Virus record (IMG/VR): IMGVR_UViG_3300021425_002620 | Source of the DNA: a virus | Taxonomy: Duplodnaviria > Caudoviricetes | Strand: one strand, 5' to 3' | Length of the DNA: 64,000 nucleotides | In this document: positions 27,755-36,542 of the stretch, in pieces | How the letters are laid out: each line of letters opens with the position of its first letter | Position numbering within the stretch: position 1 is the stretch's first letter | The notes under the pieces: model-generated | Database searches by the model: none | Seen by the model: only the letters and a program-made list of their open reading frames with translations | Told to the model about the DNA's origin: nothing | Made by a program: the position numbers and the translations under genes

Positions 27755-29578
27755 CTATTTGTCTCGTATCTCTTTCCAAATAGAATTGTTTGATTGCTCT
27801 GCATTTTGAACATAACCTTCTTCTGGTATCCATGGCAAACTATTGATTCTACCATGTATGTATAACTTTTTATACATCTTGAGGTTCTCGTTTGGATGCT
27901 CTGCTTTCCACTGTTGTTTTAATGTTTTTATATCGTCACGTAGTTCTTGTTCTTCAATGTATTCTTTACGTTGTCTTTGTTCTTCAGTTTCAATATGTAT
28001 TTCTTCGTCGGCTTCAGGATCAATTTTTACTTCTGTTTCTTTAGACTGCACTTCATCAGGTTGTACTTCTGACTGTTCCAGTTCTGTATCCACTGCATCT
28101 GCCACGGCAGTATCTGCTTCTGGTACCACGTCTCCCAAATCATCATCTGTTGTAGTAGTAGGTTCTGTAACATCTACTTGTCTTTCTTCTTGCGAAGTTT
28201 CAACCACAACTGAATCATCTCCAGTCTCTGACGGAACGCTTTCTTTAGGTTCCCCGTCGCGAAGTTCTTCAGCATCTTGCTGTTTTTCTTCTGTAGTTTC
28301 TCGTCTATCTTCTTCATCTTTTTCCTCCTTAGGAGTATTAACATTAAAGCCAGGGTTGTCAACTATACGCTGTGCTCTTGCTTGCTCGTATTGCCGAAGC
28401 CAGCCACCGTTATCATCTTTGCGTGATCTCCACTCAAAGGTATATTGGCTTGCTATCAATAATAAGACTGCTAGTGGATCAAATACAAATATAATAATTA
28501 TAATTACCCAGCGAACTGCTTCTTCAAGCATATTCTTGTCTGCTTGTTCGCCATAAACAAATTCAGCAATATATTTAATTGGACCTACTTCTGCTTCTAG
28601 TTTGCGGTACTCGCTTTCTAGTGTTATTTTTTCGTCTGTTAAGCGATCAATCTCAAATGACGCTGTTCGAACACGTTCGTTCTGTTCATCTATGTCAGAT
28701 TGAATTTGTTTTGAATTATCTTCGCTTGCTATGTTGTTTTGCAATCTAGCAATAAGTGATTGACTTTGTTGTACTTGATTTTCAGCACCTCGTCTTAGTC
28801 TTGCTATTTCTTCTCGAGCTGCTTGTACTGTAGGGCTATTTGCGGCATTTTGTATTTTTTCTAACCACTCATCGCGCTCTTGTTTTTTACGGTCTTGATA
28901 GGCTGTAAATGCGGCGGCCGTTCTTGGACCGTAGTCGCCGTCTACCTTTGCTCCTACCATTGCTTGTGCTTTTTCAATATCGTTTGTATCGATATAATTT
29001 TGTAGTGTTGCAAGTTCGTTATCAATTCTTGTAAGCTCTGCTTGGAATAATGCTGTTACATTATTGATTATTTCGTTTTGCTCATCTATTGCAGGTTGAA
29101 TACGAGTAAATGCACTATCAATACGTTCTTGCTCTCTATCTATTTGAGCTTGAACGTTTGCATCACTGCCTGTTCCTACATTTTCTAGTTGTTCAATTCT
29201 GTCTTCTGCTCTAGAAATTATATTTTGATTTCTATCTATTTCTGATTGCAGAGTTTCTATTTTTGCAATATTATCTTCGCTTGCACTTGTTTGTTCTATA
29301 TGTGCTTTTGATAAGAAACCAAAAATACCCATACTTGTTATGAGCATTAGAACAAGAACTGCTGTGGAGAGATAAGTCTTTAGCCACCAGGTAGCCTGAC
29401 TCCAGTATCTATGTAACCAAACTGCTGTAACTAGTTTGCCTATTTCTAATACACTGCCCATTATTATAATAGGCACTGCGGCCGCGGCGAATATAGCGAC
29501 CAAACCTGCCACTGAATAGTATATTGCTACTGCCGAAATGCTTAAGGCAGTAATTAAAGTTAGTATTCCTAAAAGCAT
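27755..29578 (-). CDS. multi-TM coiled-coil membrane protein with peptidoglycan-binding-like motif and acidic tail
   Basis: 3 N-terminal TMs, coiled coil, KAQAMVGAKVDGDYGPRT, TM at VRWVIIIIIFVFDPLAVLLLIA. Confidence 0.75.
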   Translation of the reverse strand: MLLGILTLITALSISAVAIYYSVAGLVAIFAAAAVPIIIMGSVLEIGKLVTAVWLHRYWSQATWWLKTYLSTAVLVLMLITSMGIFGFLSKAHIEQTSASEDNIAKIETLQSEIDRNQNIISRAEDRIEQLENVGTGSDANVQAQIDREQERIDSAFTRIQPAIDEQNEIINNVTALFQAELTRIDNELATLQNYIDTNDIEKAQAMVGAKVDGDYGPRTAAAFTAYQDRKKQERDEWLEKIQNAANSPTVQAAREEIARLRRGAENQVQQSQSLIARLQNNIASEDNSKQIQSDIDEQNERVRTASFEIDRLTDEKITLESEYRKLEAEVGPIKYIAEFVYGEQADKNMLEEAVRWVIIIIIFVFDPLAVLLLIASQYTFEWRSRKDDNGGWLRQYEQARAQRIVDNPGFNVNTPKEEKDEEDRRETTEEKQQDAEELRDGEPKESVPSETGDDSVVVETSQEERQVDVTEPTTTTDDDLGDVVPEADTAVADAVDTELEQSEVQPDEVQSKETEVKIDPEADEEIHIETEEQRQRKEYIEEQELRDDIKTLKQQWKAEHPNENLKMYKKLYIHGRINSLPWIPEEGYVQNAEQSNNSIWKEIRDK

Positions 29579-29617
29579 AATGTATTTATTGGGTTCTCCT
29601 ATGCCTATTAAAGCATG

Positions 29618-30058
29618 TTATTTCTTTATAAAATACCAATGGTCGTCTTCATAGTGTTTTTTACAAGCAGTTTCATCAAACTGTCGAGTTGTACCTCTAA
29701 CAGTAATTGCAGAAAATATAACTCTACAAAACCCTACACCTTGCGGATATCCATGTACTGCTTTTACTGCGCCCATTGCATCTTGTTCGTACCAATGTAT
29801 AACTTTACCATAGTCTGATGCTAGTGCTGTATACACTGCCTGTGTTTGTTTGAGCTTTTGGTCTTTGTCCAAACTGTATCGATTAGCAATGTAAACATGT
29901 TGTACCGCAGAAACAATCATACTCCCGCCACCATTTGGTGCTGTAACTACAGGAGTTGATATTGTACTACTTTGATATGGTGTTACACTACAGGCAGATA
30001 AACTAACTATTATTGCCGTTGATATTAACAATCTCAAGTGAACCGTCAAACTTTTCAC
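29618..30058 (-). CDS. lipoprotein, 17-kDa surface antigen-like C-terminus
   Basis: Lipobox LSAC; YPQGVGFCR...ETACK. Confidence 0.65.
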   Translation of the reverse strand: MKSLTVHLRLLISTAIIVSLSACSVTPYQSSTISTPVVTAPNGGGSMIVSAVQHVYIANRYSLDKDQKLKQTQAVYTALASDYGKVIHWYEQDAMGAVKAVHGYPQGVGFCRVIFSAITVRGTTRQFDETACKKHYEDDHWYFIKK

Positions 30059-30329
30059 AGGCTACTCCTTTTTGTTTTACAAGGTTACCATTACGTCTCT
30101 CAGTGTACCAAAACTCTCTGCAAGATGCATCAACACCAGCACGTTGTATTGCTGTTTGTTGTCCAGGTCTATCTGTACATTGAAGGACTGTTTCACTGCC
30201 TACTTGATTGCCATTACTCATTGTAATAGTTTCATCAGTATAACAGTAAGGAGCAGTATAATTGTACTGTGTACTACTACATGCTCCTAAGAACAGTATA
30301 CTAGTTAGCAGAAGCGATAGCCGTTGCAT
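30003..30329 (-). CDS. Cys-containing lipoprotein
   Basis: Lipobox LGAC. Confidence 0.7.
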   Translation of the reverse strand: MQRLSLLLTSILFLGACSSTQYNYTAPYCYTDETITMSNGNQVGSETVLQCTDRPGQQTAIQRAGVDASCREFWYTERRNGNLVKQKGVACEKFDGSLEIVNINGNNS

Positions 30330-30807
30330 CTTTAGCCTCAGTAATTAGTCTGTCAAATGTTTCGAGTGGCATTTTAATACGCACATAGGTGTGTACATGA
30401 CCAGTGCTTGCTAGTTGATAAGACTTTTTCTTAACTTCTAAATGCTCTCTAATAACAGTATCTTCTACAGAGTGCTTTACATAAGTCTGTGTAGTGCGCA
30501 GATCATTATTAATGTCTACTTCAGTAAAACTATTTACTGTACCATTAATGCGTTCTGCAAATCCTTTGACAGCAAATGCATATGCTTGTGCTTCACTTGC
30601 TTGTTCATATCTACTTTCGCCCATGCCACATGCATATGCGTAGTCAGTTTTCCAAAACAAGAAACCTTCAGATCCGATTTGTTCGCAATCTTCATACCAA
30701 TTAGGATTGGCTTTAGTTTCTCTTACTTCGATTGTTTTCATTGAGCTACACGCACCTAGTCCAATAAGAAGTGCGCCCAAACTCAATGCCTTAATTGTGC
30801 CTTTCAT
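30301..30807 (-). CDS. lipoprotein (LPP20-like)
   Basis: Lipobox LGAC; NPNWY; start 30807 or 30819. Confidence 0.65.
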   Translation of the reverse strand: MKGTIKALSLGALLIGLGACSSMKTIEVRETKANPNWYEDCEQIGSEGFLFWKTDYAYACGMGESRYEQASEAQAYAFAVKGFAERINGTVNSFTEVDINNDLRTTQTYVKHSVEDTVIREHLEVKKKSYQLASTGHVHTYVRIKMPLETFDRLITEAKDATAIASAN

Positions 30808-30838
30808 ATATGCCTCCATTAGGTCATTTAATTTTTAA

Positions 30839-30867
30839 AGTATACAACCACACGTTTACATTGTCAA
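30839..30867 (-). promoter_or_regulatory. sigma70-like early promoter
   Basis: TTGACA-N17-TATACT. Confidence 0.75.
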
Positions 30868-30870
30868 CCA

Positions 30871-31389
30871 TTATTTTTCCCATCGGTAAAATATATGATC
30901 TTCAATTTCGATTGTTTTAGTTTTAGTTTTAGCCCATGCAGGCATTACATAATCTGCATGGTAGTGAGTTGCACCTTCGGTAATATCTACTACAGTGATT
31001 TCACCTCGTACAACAAGTGCGGCTAAACTATAAATCTCATTATAGACTTTTTGGTCATAGATAGTATCAGCCTTGCCATCGCAATACCAACTAAACTGGC
31101 AACGATTTCGTACAGGAATCATTTCTCCTGTGCCTTTCCAACTGGGTCGAGTTGGACCTTGTTTTACAACTTCACAAACTGTATCAGGATATCTGTCATC
31201 TTGAACCCTATTTGATGTAACTGCAATAACTGCTAGTCGTCCAGCGGTTCCCTGTCCACGAGCTTCGTGATAGACGTTTTGAGCCATACACTCAACTTGT
31301 TTTTCTAACCACACGTTGTCTGATGTTTTTGCTTCGTTGACGGGTGATACTGAAAGGATAGTTGTTAGAATAATTTCAGAAATAGTCAT
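30871..31389 (-). CDS. cell wall hydrolase, SleB/Hydrolase_2 family
   Basis: CMAQNVYHEARG, NRV, YPDTVCEVVKQ, CQFSWYCDG, GATHYHA, HIFY. Confidence 0.93.
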   Translation of the reverse strand: MTISEIILTTILSVSPVNEAKTSDNVWLEKQVECMAQNVYHEARGQGTAGRLAVIAVTSNRVQDDRYPDTVCEVVKQGPTRPSWKGTGEMIPVRNRCQFSWYCDGKADTIYDQKVYNEIYSLAALVVRGEITVVDITEGATHYHADYVMPAWAKTKTKTIEIEDHIFYRWEK

Positions 31390-31392
31390 TTG

Positions 31393-31824
31393 TTACCTCC
31401 GCATTTTGGCTATTTCTTCAGCCTGTTTTGTTCCTCGCATTACTGGTACTGCGTTTGACTTGTGCATTGTAGCAATACCAACAATAAGATCGCCAGTATA
31501 TTTCATAGGTTCTTTTCTAGTGCCACCACCTGTTGGTATGCTGTTTGTTAGTGATGGATAGTTTGGGGTTTCACGTTGATAACTTTGATCTCCTTTATAG
31601 GGAACAAATTCACGTTTAGTCTTAGGTTTGCTCTCGCCTCTACAATATGCAATATAATCTTCTAGTTTTTCATACTGAAGATCATGCATATGATTTTTGC
31701 GCATTGATTTATTATGTTGACGCCATTGAACAGTGTATTGTTCAATTTGCTTTTGTGTTAGAGGTTTCTTCTTACGCTTTTTGGTATTGATGGTTGTAAG
31801 GCCTCTAGCCAAATGCATAGTCAT
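31393..31824 (-). CDS. conserved T4-like phage hypothetical protein
   Basis: C-terminal GIATMHKSNAVPV motif. Confidence 0.65.
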   Translation of the reverse strand: MTMHLARGLTTINTKKRKKKPLTQKQIEQYTVQWRQHNKSMRKNHMHDLQYEKLEDYIAYCRGESKPKTKREFVPYKGDQSYQRETPNYPSLTNSIPTGGGTRKEPMKYTGDLIVGIATMHKSNAVPVMRGTKQAEEIAKMRR

Positions 31825-31888
31825 AAAAAAACTCCTGCTATTTTGTTAATAGTAAAACTATTATAGCAGGAGTTTAGTAAGGTGTCAA
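31825..31888 (-). promoter_or_regulatory. sigma70-like promoter embedded in a terminator-like hairpin that pairs with the downstream SD
   Basis: TTGACA-N17-TATAAT; 13-bp arms 31829-31841 and 31863-31875; T6 tail. Confidence 0.7.
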
Positions 31889-31894
31889 CCGATT

Positions 31895-32140
31895 TTATGC
31901 AAAAACTTTTGCTCTAGAACCGTTTACATCTCTTGCTGATACTGAATATCTAGTCTTGCCAGTTGTAGCAACGTCAGTATTCACTTTTAAGCCAGCTGCT
32001 CTAAATTCGCTCATTCTTGCAGGTAGTTGCTGGATACCGAATCTTGCTTTAGCGTCTGCTGCTGTAAGAGTCTTACCAGTACCTCTAAGATAATTCTCTA
32101 AGAATGTTTTTTGGTTAGTTTTAATTGTAGTAAATGCCAT
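31895..32140 (-). CDS. small winged-HTH-like protein
   Basis: YLRGTGKTLTAADAKARFGIQQLPARMSEFR. Confidence 0.65.
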   Translation of the reverse strand: MAFTTIKTNQKTFLENYLRGTGKTLTAADAKARFGIQQLPARMSEFRAAGLKVNTDVATTGKTRYSVSARDVNGSRAKVFA

Positions 32141-32195
32141 TTAGGGCCTCCTTTATAAAAATTAATAAACATACTAATTTTCTTAGTATTCTATT

Positions 32196-32224
32196 ATTAT
32201 ACGGTCGCCCTAATGTATTGTCAA
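32196..32224 (-). promoter_or_regulatory. sigma70-like early promoter
   Basis: TTGACA-N17-TATAAT. Confidence 0.8.
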
Positions 32225-32712
32225 CCTTTTTCTTCCATTAATTTTACAGCCGCATCATAATCTTCTTGTTTGATTACACCTTCGCGCAATAGTTTTGCTC
32301 TATTGGCTTCGTGTTTCATTTGCACTTCTTCTTTGCTTCCGCCAAAGTATGCAACTGCATGTCCTTCTTCAATAAGAATATCTGTAACTTTTGCCCAGCG
32401 ATCGTGTGTACCATCGTAAACTCTAAAATCACCTAAGATACGTCCGAACTTGCCTTTCATATCTTCGCCTTTGCGATCTTCTGTGGTAATAAGTTTGCCA
32501 CCGTTCTTCATAAGTTCCTTTAGTCTTGCCTTTGCGGCTTCACCAAATAGATCTTCTACTTTGTCTCTTGTTCTCGATTCTGGAGTGTCAATGCCCATAA
32601 TACGAACACGTTCGTCTTTTAAACATACGCCAAATCCTAGATCAATATCTACATCAACTGTGTCGCCGTCGACGACTTTTAATACAGTAACATCATACTC
32701 GTTTTGTGTCAT
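32221..32712 (-). CDS. staphylococcal nuclease (thermonuclease)-like protein
   Basis: KVVDGDTV, RVRIMGIDTPES, KFGRILG. Confidence 0.88.
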   Translation of the reverse strand: MTQNEYDVTVLKVVDGDTVDVDIDLGFGVCLKDERVRIMGIDTPESRTRDKVEDLFGEAAKARLKELMKNGGKLITTEDRKGEDMKGKFGRILGDFRVYDGTHDRWAKVTDILIEEGHAVAYFGGSKEEVQMKHEANRAKLLREGVIKQEDYDAAVKLMEEKG

Positions 32713-32761
32713 TTGGATTATCCCCTCTAAATAATATGCCCATATTATTTAGTCAAAAATA

Positions 32762-32785
32762 AAGGGGCAAGTTTCCCTGCCCCTT
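32762..32785 (-). terminator. intrinsic terminator
   Basis: AAGGGGCA/TGCCCCTT arms, T-rich tail on minus strand. Confidence 0.7.
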
Positions 32786-32812
32786 GACACCGCTTTGTTC
32801 TGTGTGCTTATC

Positions 32813-33208
32813 TTAGAACGAGAATGTAGCTGTTGCTGTGATCTCGCCACGCTCTTCTGCTTCTAGGTCATATGATGTGCCTAGTTCTAGTTCTACATTG
32901 TCCATCATTGCTGGTACATATGTTGCACCAAACTTTAGTGTTGGTAGAGTGTCGAACTCGTCACCCAGTGTGAAACCACCATCGTTGTCCCATACTGATA
33001 GAGTTGTGTCAGCTGTTAGGCTTAGTGGACCGTCAACCATTGGTTGCCACTCTAGTTCTGGTGTGATTGTTAGTGTAGTTGCTTCTGCATCAAACTTGTG
33101 CTCTGCTACTACGTCTGTGTTTAGCGCCAAACCTGGAACTGGTAAGTCCATGGCTGTCGCTGATGTTGCAGCCATTGCGGCTACCATTGCTAATACTGCT
33201 GTACGCAT
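32813..33208 (-). CDS. outer-membrane beta-barrel/porin-like protein
   Basis: Signal peptide, alternating beta pattern, C-terminal Phe. Confidence 0.65.
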   Translation of the reverse strand: MRTAVLAMVAAMAATSATAMDLPVPGLALNTDVVAEHKFDAEATTLTITPELEWQPMVDGPLSLTADTTLSVWDNDGGFTLGDEFDTLPTLKFGATYVPAMMDNVELELGTSYDLEAEERGEITATATFSF

Positions 33209-33368
33209 TCATAAATTTCCTTATTATTATTATTTTGATATGAGCGGAGGGTTTTTGTTTGCTCACAATATTAGTTATCTTATTCTAACACAAAATTTAC
33301 AGATGCGACAACCATAAAAAAAGAGTGCGGCATTTCTGCAACACTCTTATTCTACGTTTTAATTTAAA

Positions 33369-34001
33369 TTAAAACTTTACAGCAAAAGCCACTAGTGCTT
33401 CTCTGTCTACTTTGTTAAAGTCCGCATCCATTGTTTGCATTACTGCTACTGAAACTACAGTGTTTGATGTAACGCTGAACCTTGTGCCAACTTTTCCATA
33501 ACTGTCTGACTTACGAAAATCTAGAAAATTTCCATCATCTGATTTGAAGTCATAACCTAATTCGACAAAAGGAACTAAGACTGAAATGTTTCTTAATTCA
33601 ATTCCTGCATATGGACTAAGCAATAGTTCACTACCGTCAATTGAATCGCCAAAGTCGAAATGTGCTTCTGCTGCACCATATCCTGTAAAAGCACCTAATG
33701 GAACTTCACCGCGTGTTGACACGTTGATACGGTAATCCTGTACACTGTTGTCATCAATAATTTGAACGCCAACATTTACAGGTCTGTTTACTGTGAATAC
33801 ACCTAGCCTACGTGAGTCTGCTGAAAAATCACGAGAAGCGCCTGTACCAAGCGACACTCCAAATTTTTCACCATGAGCTGACACATATACTCCGGTATTA
33901 TCAAAGTCGTCTGCTAAAGCAGAAGTAGTTAGGCCAAAAAACAAGCCTAATGCTAATATAATATTTCTCATTTTATTATTTCCTTTATTTTTGTTTGCCA
34001 C
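33369..34001 (-). CDS. outer-membrane beta-barrel protein (true start probably MRNII)
   Basis: Signal peptide ALA, alternating beta strands, C-terminal Phe. Confidence 0.7.
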   Translation of the reverse strand: MANKNKGNNKMRNIILALGLFFGLTTSALADDFDNTGVYVSAHGEKFGVSLGTGASRDFSADSRRLGVFTVNRPVNVGVQIIDDNSVQDYRINVSTRGEVPLGAFTGYGAAEAHFDFGDSIDGSELLLSPYAGIELRNISVLVPFVELGYDFKSDDGNFLDFRKSDSYGKVGTRFSVTSNTVVSVAVMQTMDADFNKVDREALVAFAVKF

Positions 34002-34059
34002 CTGGCAAACACAATACTTACTTATGATGGATAACTATTTTTATGTTTAATTCTGGCAG

Positions 34060-34085
34060 AAAAGAAAAGCACCCGAAGGTGCTTT
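34060..34085 (-). terminator. intrinsic terminator ending the tmRNA transcript
   Basis: AAAGCACC-UUCG-GGUGCUUUUCUUUU on minus strand. Confidence 0.85.
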
Positions 34086-34452
34086 CCTGCTATTTTTGGT
34101 AACAAGGTATAACTACCCCGTAGCGATCACGCCGCTAATGCAAAGTTTTCGTTTGCGTTTGTTTTGTTTCTTGCGTTAACCGAGCTTGCGCCGGACAACT
34201 CCACTCATCTATGCCGTGTATCGATCCTAGTTCGCCCCCATCATAAAAACACTATCCACAACACTTTGGCTTTTGTCTGCCTGCTCTCCAAGCACGGAAA
34301 TCGATAACCCATTTCGTCACACACATTCCTAGTAGTGCGGCTAAACTTGTGTATTGTATTCCTGTCCAAATTAATGCCATTATAGTGTCCTTATGGTGGA
34401 GGCGCCGGGTACCGCCCCCGGGTCTACTCCGTCGTCAAATTGCTTCAACATT
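34086..34452 (-). ncRNA. ssrA: circularly permuted (two-piece) tmRNA; outer ends approximate
   Basis: Acceptor piece first (T-arm CCGGG-GGCGGUA-CCCGG, CGCCUCC-A-CCA ending 34394); 154-nt IVS; coding piece starts GGGGGCG at 34239; 7-bp acceptor stem with G3.U70; tag ANENFALAA* at 34156-34127. Confidence 0.93.
34252..34380 (-). CDS. 42-aa ORF inside the tmRNA intervening segment
   Basis: AAGGA SD 7 nt before ATG; MALIWTGIQYTSLAALLGMCVTKWVIDFRAWRAGRQKPKCCG. Confidence 0.6.
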   Translation of the reverse strand: MALIWTGIQYTSLAALLGMCVTKWVIDFRAWRAGRQKPKCCG

Positions 34453-34458
34453 GTATAT

Positions 34459-34490
34459 TATTTATAACACACTCAGACCGAGTAAGTCAA
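34459..34490 (-). promoter_or_regulatory. overlapping early-type and late promoters of tmRNA
   Basis: TTGACT at 34490-34485 and TATAAATA at 34466-34459. Confidence 0.6.
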
Positions 34491-34776
34491 GTTCTAATTC
34501 TTCTTGTTCTTTAGATTTTTTACCTGGTCGAATAGGTTCTAACCAAGTGTCTGCAATATATGCTCTAGGGCTCGGTCCTAGTTGAATGTCTAAATCTTCT
34601 GCTTCAATCCACCAATAGTGATCTGATACTAATGCTTGACATACTACACCTCTAAAGGCAAACTGTGAACCCTGTTGAAACTTTCCAATATACTCTGCTA
34701 CTTTAACAATTCGTCCTACATTGCTAGGATTCATAGAGTATATTATTTTTGCTACATCACCTTTGTTACACTTCAT
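34462..34776 (-). CDS. hypothetical protein
   Basis: Track ORF. Confidence 0.7.
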   Translation of the reverse strand: MKCNKGDVAKIIYSMNPSNVGRIVKVAEYIGKFQQGSQFAFRGVVCQALVSDHYWWIEAEDLDIQLGPSPRAYIADTWLEPIRPGKKSKEQEELELDLLGLSVL

Positions 34777-35005
34777 TCTTTTTTATTTTATTACTTTCAT
34801 GTTTTATTAGTAGTGCATTGACTTCATCTGTTTTACGCAACCAACCGTCTTCATCTACTATGTAAACATCACCTGGGCTATATAAGACGGTCTTGTCAGG
34901 AATTTTATTACCATCCTTATCAAAGCCCATTACTTCTCCGGGCCAGTCGCCTTCTACTCTAAATCTATTTAATCCGCTATGTACCGTATAATCTATCCAA
35001 AACAT
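34766..35005 (-). CDS. hypothetical protein
   Basis: Track ORF. Confidence 0.65.
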   Translation of the reverse strand: MFWIDYTVHSGLNRFRVEGDWPGEVMGFDKDGNKIPDKTVLYSPGDVYIVDEDGWLRKTDEVNALLIKHESNKIKKNEV

Positions 35006-36150
35006 TAACTCAATATATCAGCGATACGATGTGCTAATTTATTAAACCACATTTTATCGTGTCCTTTTGTTGTCTCTGCGGCTGTGCCTATTCTAATACC
35101 GCTTGTTTCGACAAAAGAACGTGGATCATTTGGCACACCGTTTTTATTGACAGTGATGCCGTTTTCTTCTAGTAAGTCAGCGGCTTCTCTGCCACTGTAT
35201 TTACTACTAGACAAGTCCATAAGAATTATATGCGAATCAGTACCTCCTGTGAGTATTTTGATGCCACGCTCGTTAAACACTGCACACATTTCTTGTGCAT
35301 TATCAACAACACGGCATGCATAATGACGGAAGTCAGGGTCATTTGCTTCTACAAATGCTTGTGCTTTGGCAGCAATAATGTTCATTAGTGGACCGCCTTG
35401 TGTTCCTGGAAAGATTGCTGAATTAATTTTCTTTGTATAGGCTGCATTGTTCCAAAGAATAATACCGCCACGTGGGCCTCTTAGAGTTTTATGTGTAGTT
35501 GATGTAACAAAATCTGCATAAGGTATAGGACTTGGATATGCATGTCCTGCAACAAGACCCGAGTAATGTGCCATGTCAACTAATAGATAAGCACCTACAT
35601 GATCTGCAATTACTCTAAATGCTTCCCAATCAATTTGTCTTGGATATGCACTTGCACCAGCGACAATCATTTTAGGTTTAACTTCAACTGCTTGTTTCAT
35701 TATAGCATCATAGTCTAGCCAACCTGCTTCGTCTACACCATAGTGATGTGCTTCATAAACTTTACCAGAAATATTTACAGGTGCACCATGGCTTAAATGG
35801 CCGCCGCTTGCTAGATCCATTCCAAGTATACGATCGCCTGGCTTTAAAAATGCAAGATAAATTGCAGTGTTTGCATTGGCTCCACAGTGAGGTTGGACGT
35901 TAGCAAACTCACATTCATATATTTCTTTAAGTTGATCTATTGCAAATTGCTCAATTTCGTCCATATGCTCGCAGCCGTTGTAATAACGCTTGCCTGGATA
36001 ACCTTCTGCATACTTGTTAGTAAACACTGAACCACATAGATTCATTACACTATGGCTTGCAAAGTTTTCACTTGCAATTAATTCAATAGTAGAATGTTGC
36101 CTGTCTACTTCTCTATCTAAAATTTCGTATATTCGTTTATCCATTACCAA
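35005..36150 (-). CDS. glyA: serine hydroxymethyltransferase
   Basis: LIASEN, KYAEGYPGKRYY, GGHLSHG, DMAHYSGL, TTHKTLRGPRGG, SGIRIGT. Confidence 0.98.
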   Translation of the reverse strand: MVMDKRIYEILDREVDRQHSTIELIASENFASHSVMNLCGSVFTNKYAEGYPGKRYYNGCEHMDEIEQFAIDQLKEIYECEFANVQPHCGANANTAIYLAFLKPGDRILGMDLASGGHLSHGAPVNISGKVYEAHHYGVDEAGWLDYDAIMKQAVEVKPKMIVAGASAYPRQIDWEAFRVIADHVGAYLLVDMAHYSGLVAGHAYPSPIPYADFVTSTTHKTLRGPRGGIILWNNAAYTKKINSAIFPGTQGGPLMNIIAAKAQAFVEANDPDFRHYACRVVDNAQEMCAVFNERGIKILTGGTDSHIILMDLSSSKYSGREAADLLEENGITVNKNGVPNDPRSFVETSGIRIGTAAETTKGHDKMWFNKLAHRIADILS

Positions 36151-36353
36151 ATTCCTAAAGTTTTACTGTTACCAAGGATAATCATTACACAAGTAACTAT
36201 GTGAAGCACTATCCAAAAGGTGCGAAAAGCCAGTGCCTTCTTTACATCCTTTTGAGATATAGGAAGGAATTCTGGCTTATCGTCGTCTGTTATGCCTATG
36301 GGCATACCAACGGTTCGTGCCCAAGTTTTGAGCCAACGCCGTTGCCCGCTCAT
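36144..36353 (-). CDS. small membrane protein
   Basis: C-terminal TM; coupled to neighbours. Confidence 0.65.
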   Translation of the reverse strand: MSGQRRWLKTWARTVGMPIGITDDDKPEFLPISQKDVKKALAFRTFWIVLHIVTCVMIILGNSKTLGIW

Positions 36354-36529
36354 TACATAGAGTTCTTTTTATCTTGAATTTCTTTGCGGCGTTCTTTTGT
36401 AAGTTTGCCAAGATCGCCTAGAGCTTTACGAGCTCTTGCGGCTGCTGCCTTTACACCTTTTTCTTCAAAAGTTGCGTGTTCAGCAAGATAGTTATTGTAC
36501 GCCTGTACAATTTCTTCATGGTTTGACAT
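36353..36529 (-). CDS. histone H1-like (Hc1-type) small basic protein, 58 aa
   Basis: Hand-translated ...FEEKGVKAAAARARKALGDLGKLTKERRKEIQ...; AGGAG SD. Confidence 0.75.
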   Translation of the reverse strand: MSNHEEIVQAYNNYLAEHATFEEKGVKAAAARARKALGDLGKLTKERRKEIQDKKNSM

Positions 36530-36542
36530 ATTTTTTCTCCTA

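Noticed and set aside
27843-28556. 237-aa Ser-rich plus-strand ORF
   Set aside because: Antisense shadow of the Glu-rich minus-strand gene; no SD or promoter. The same applies to most short antisense ORFs in the track.
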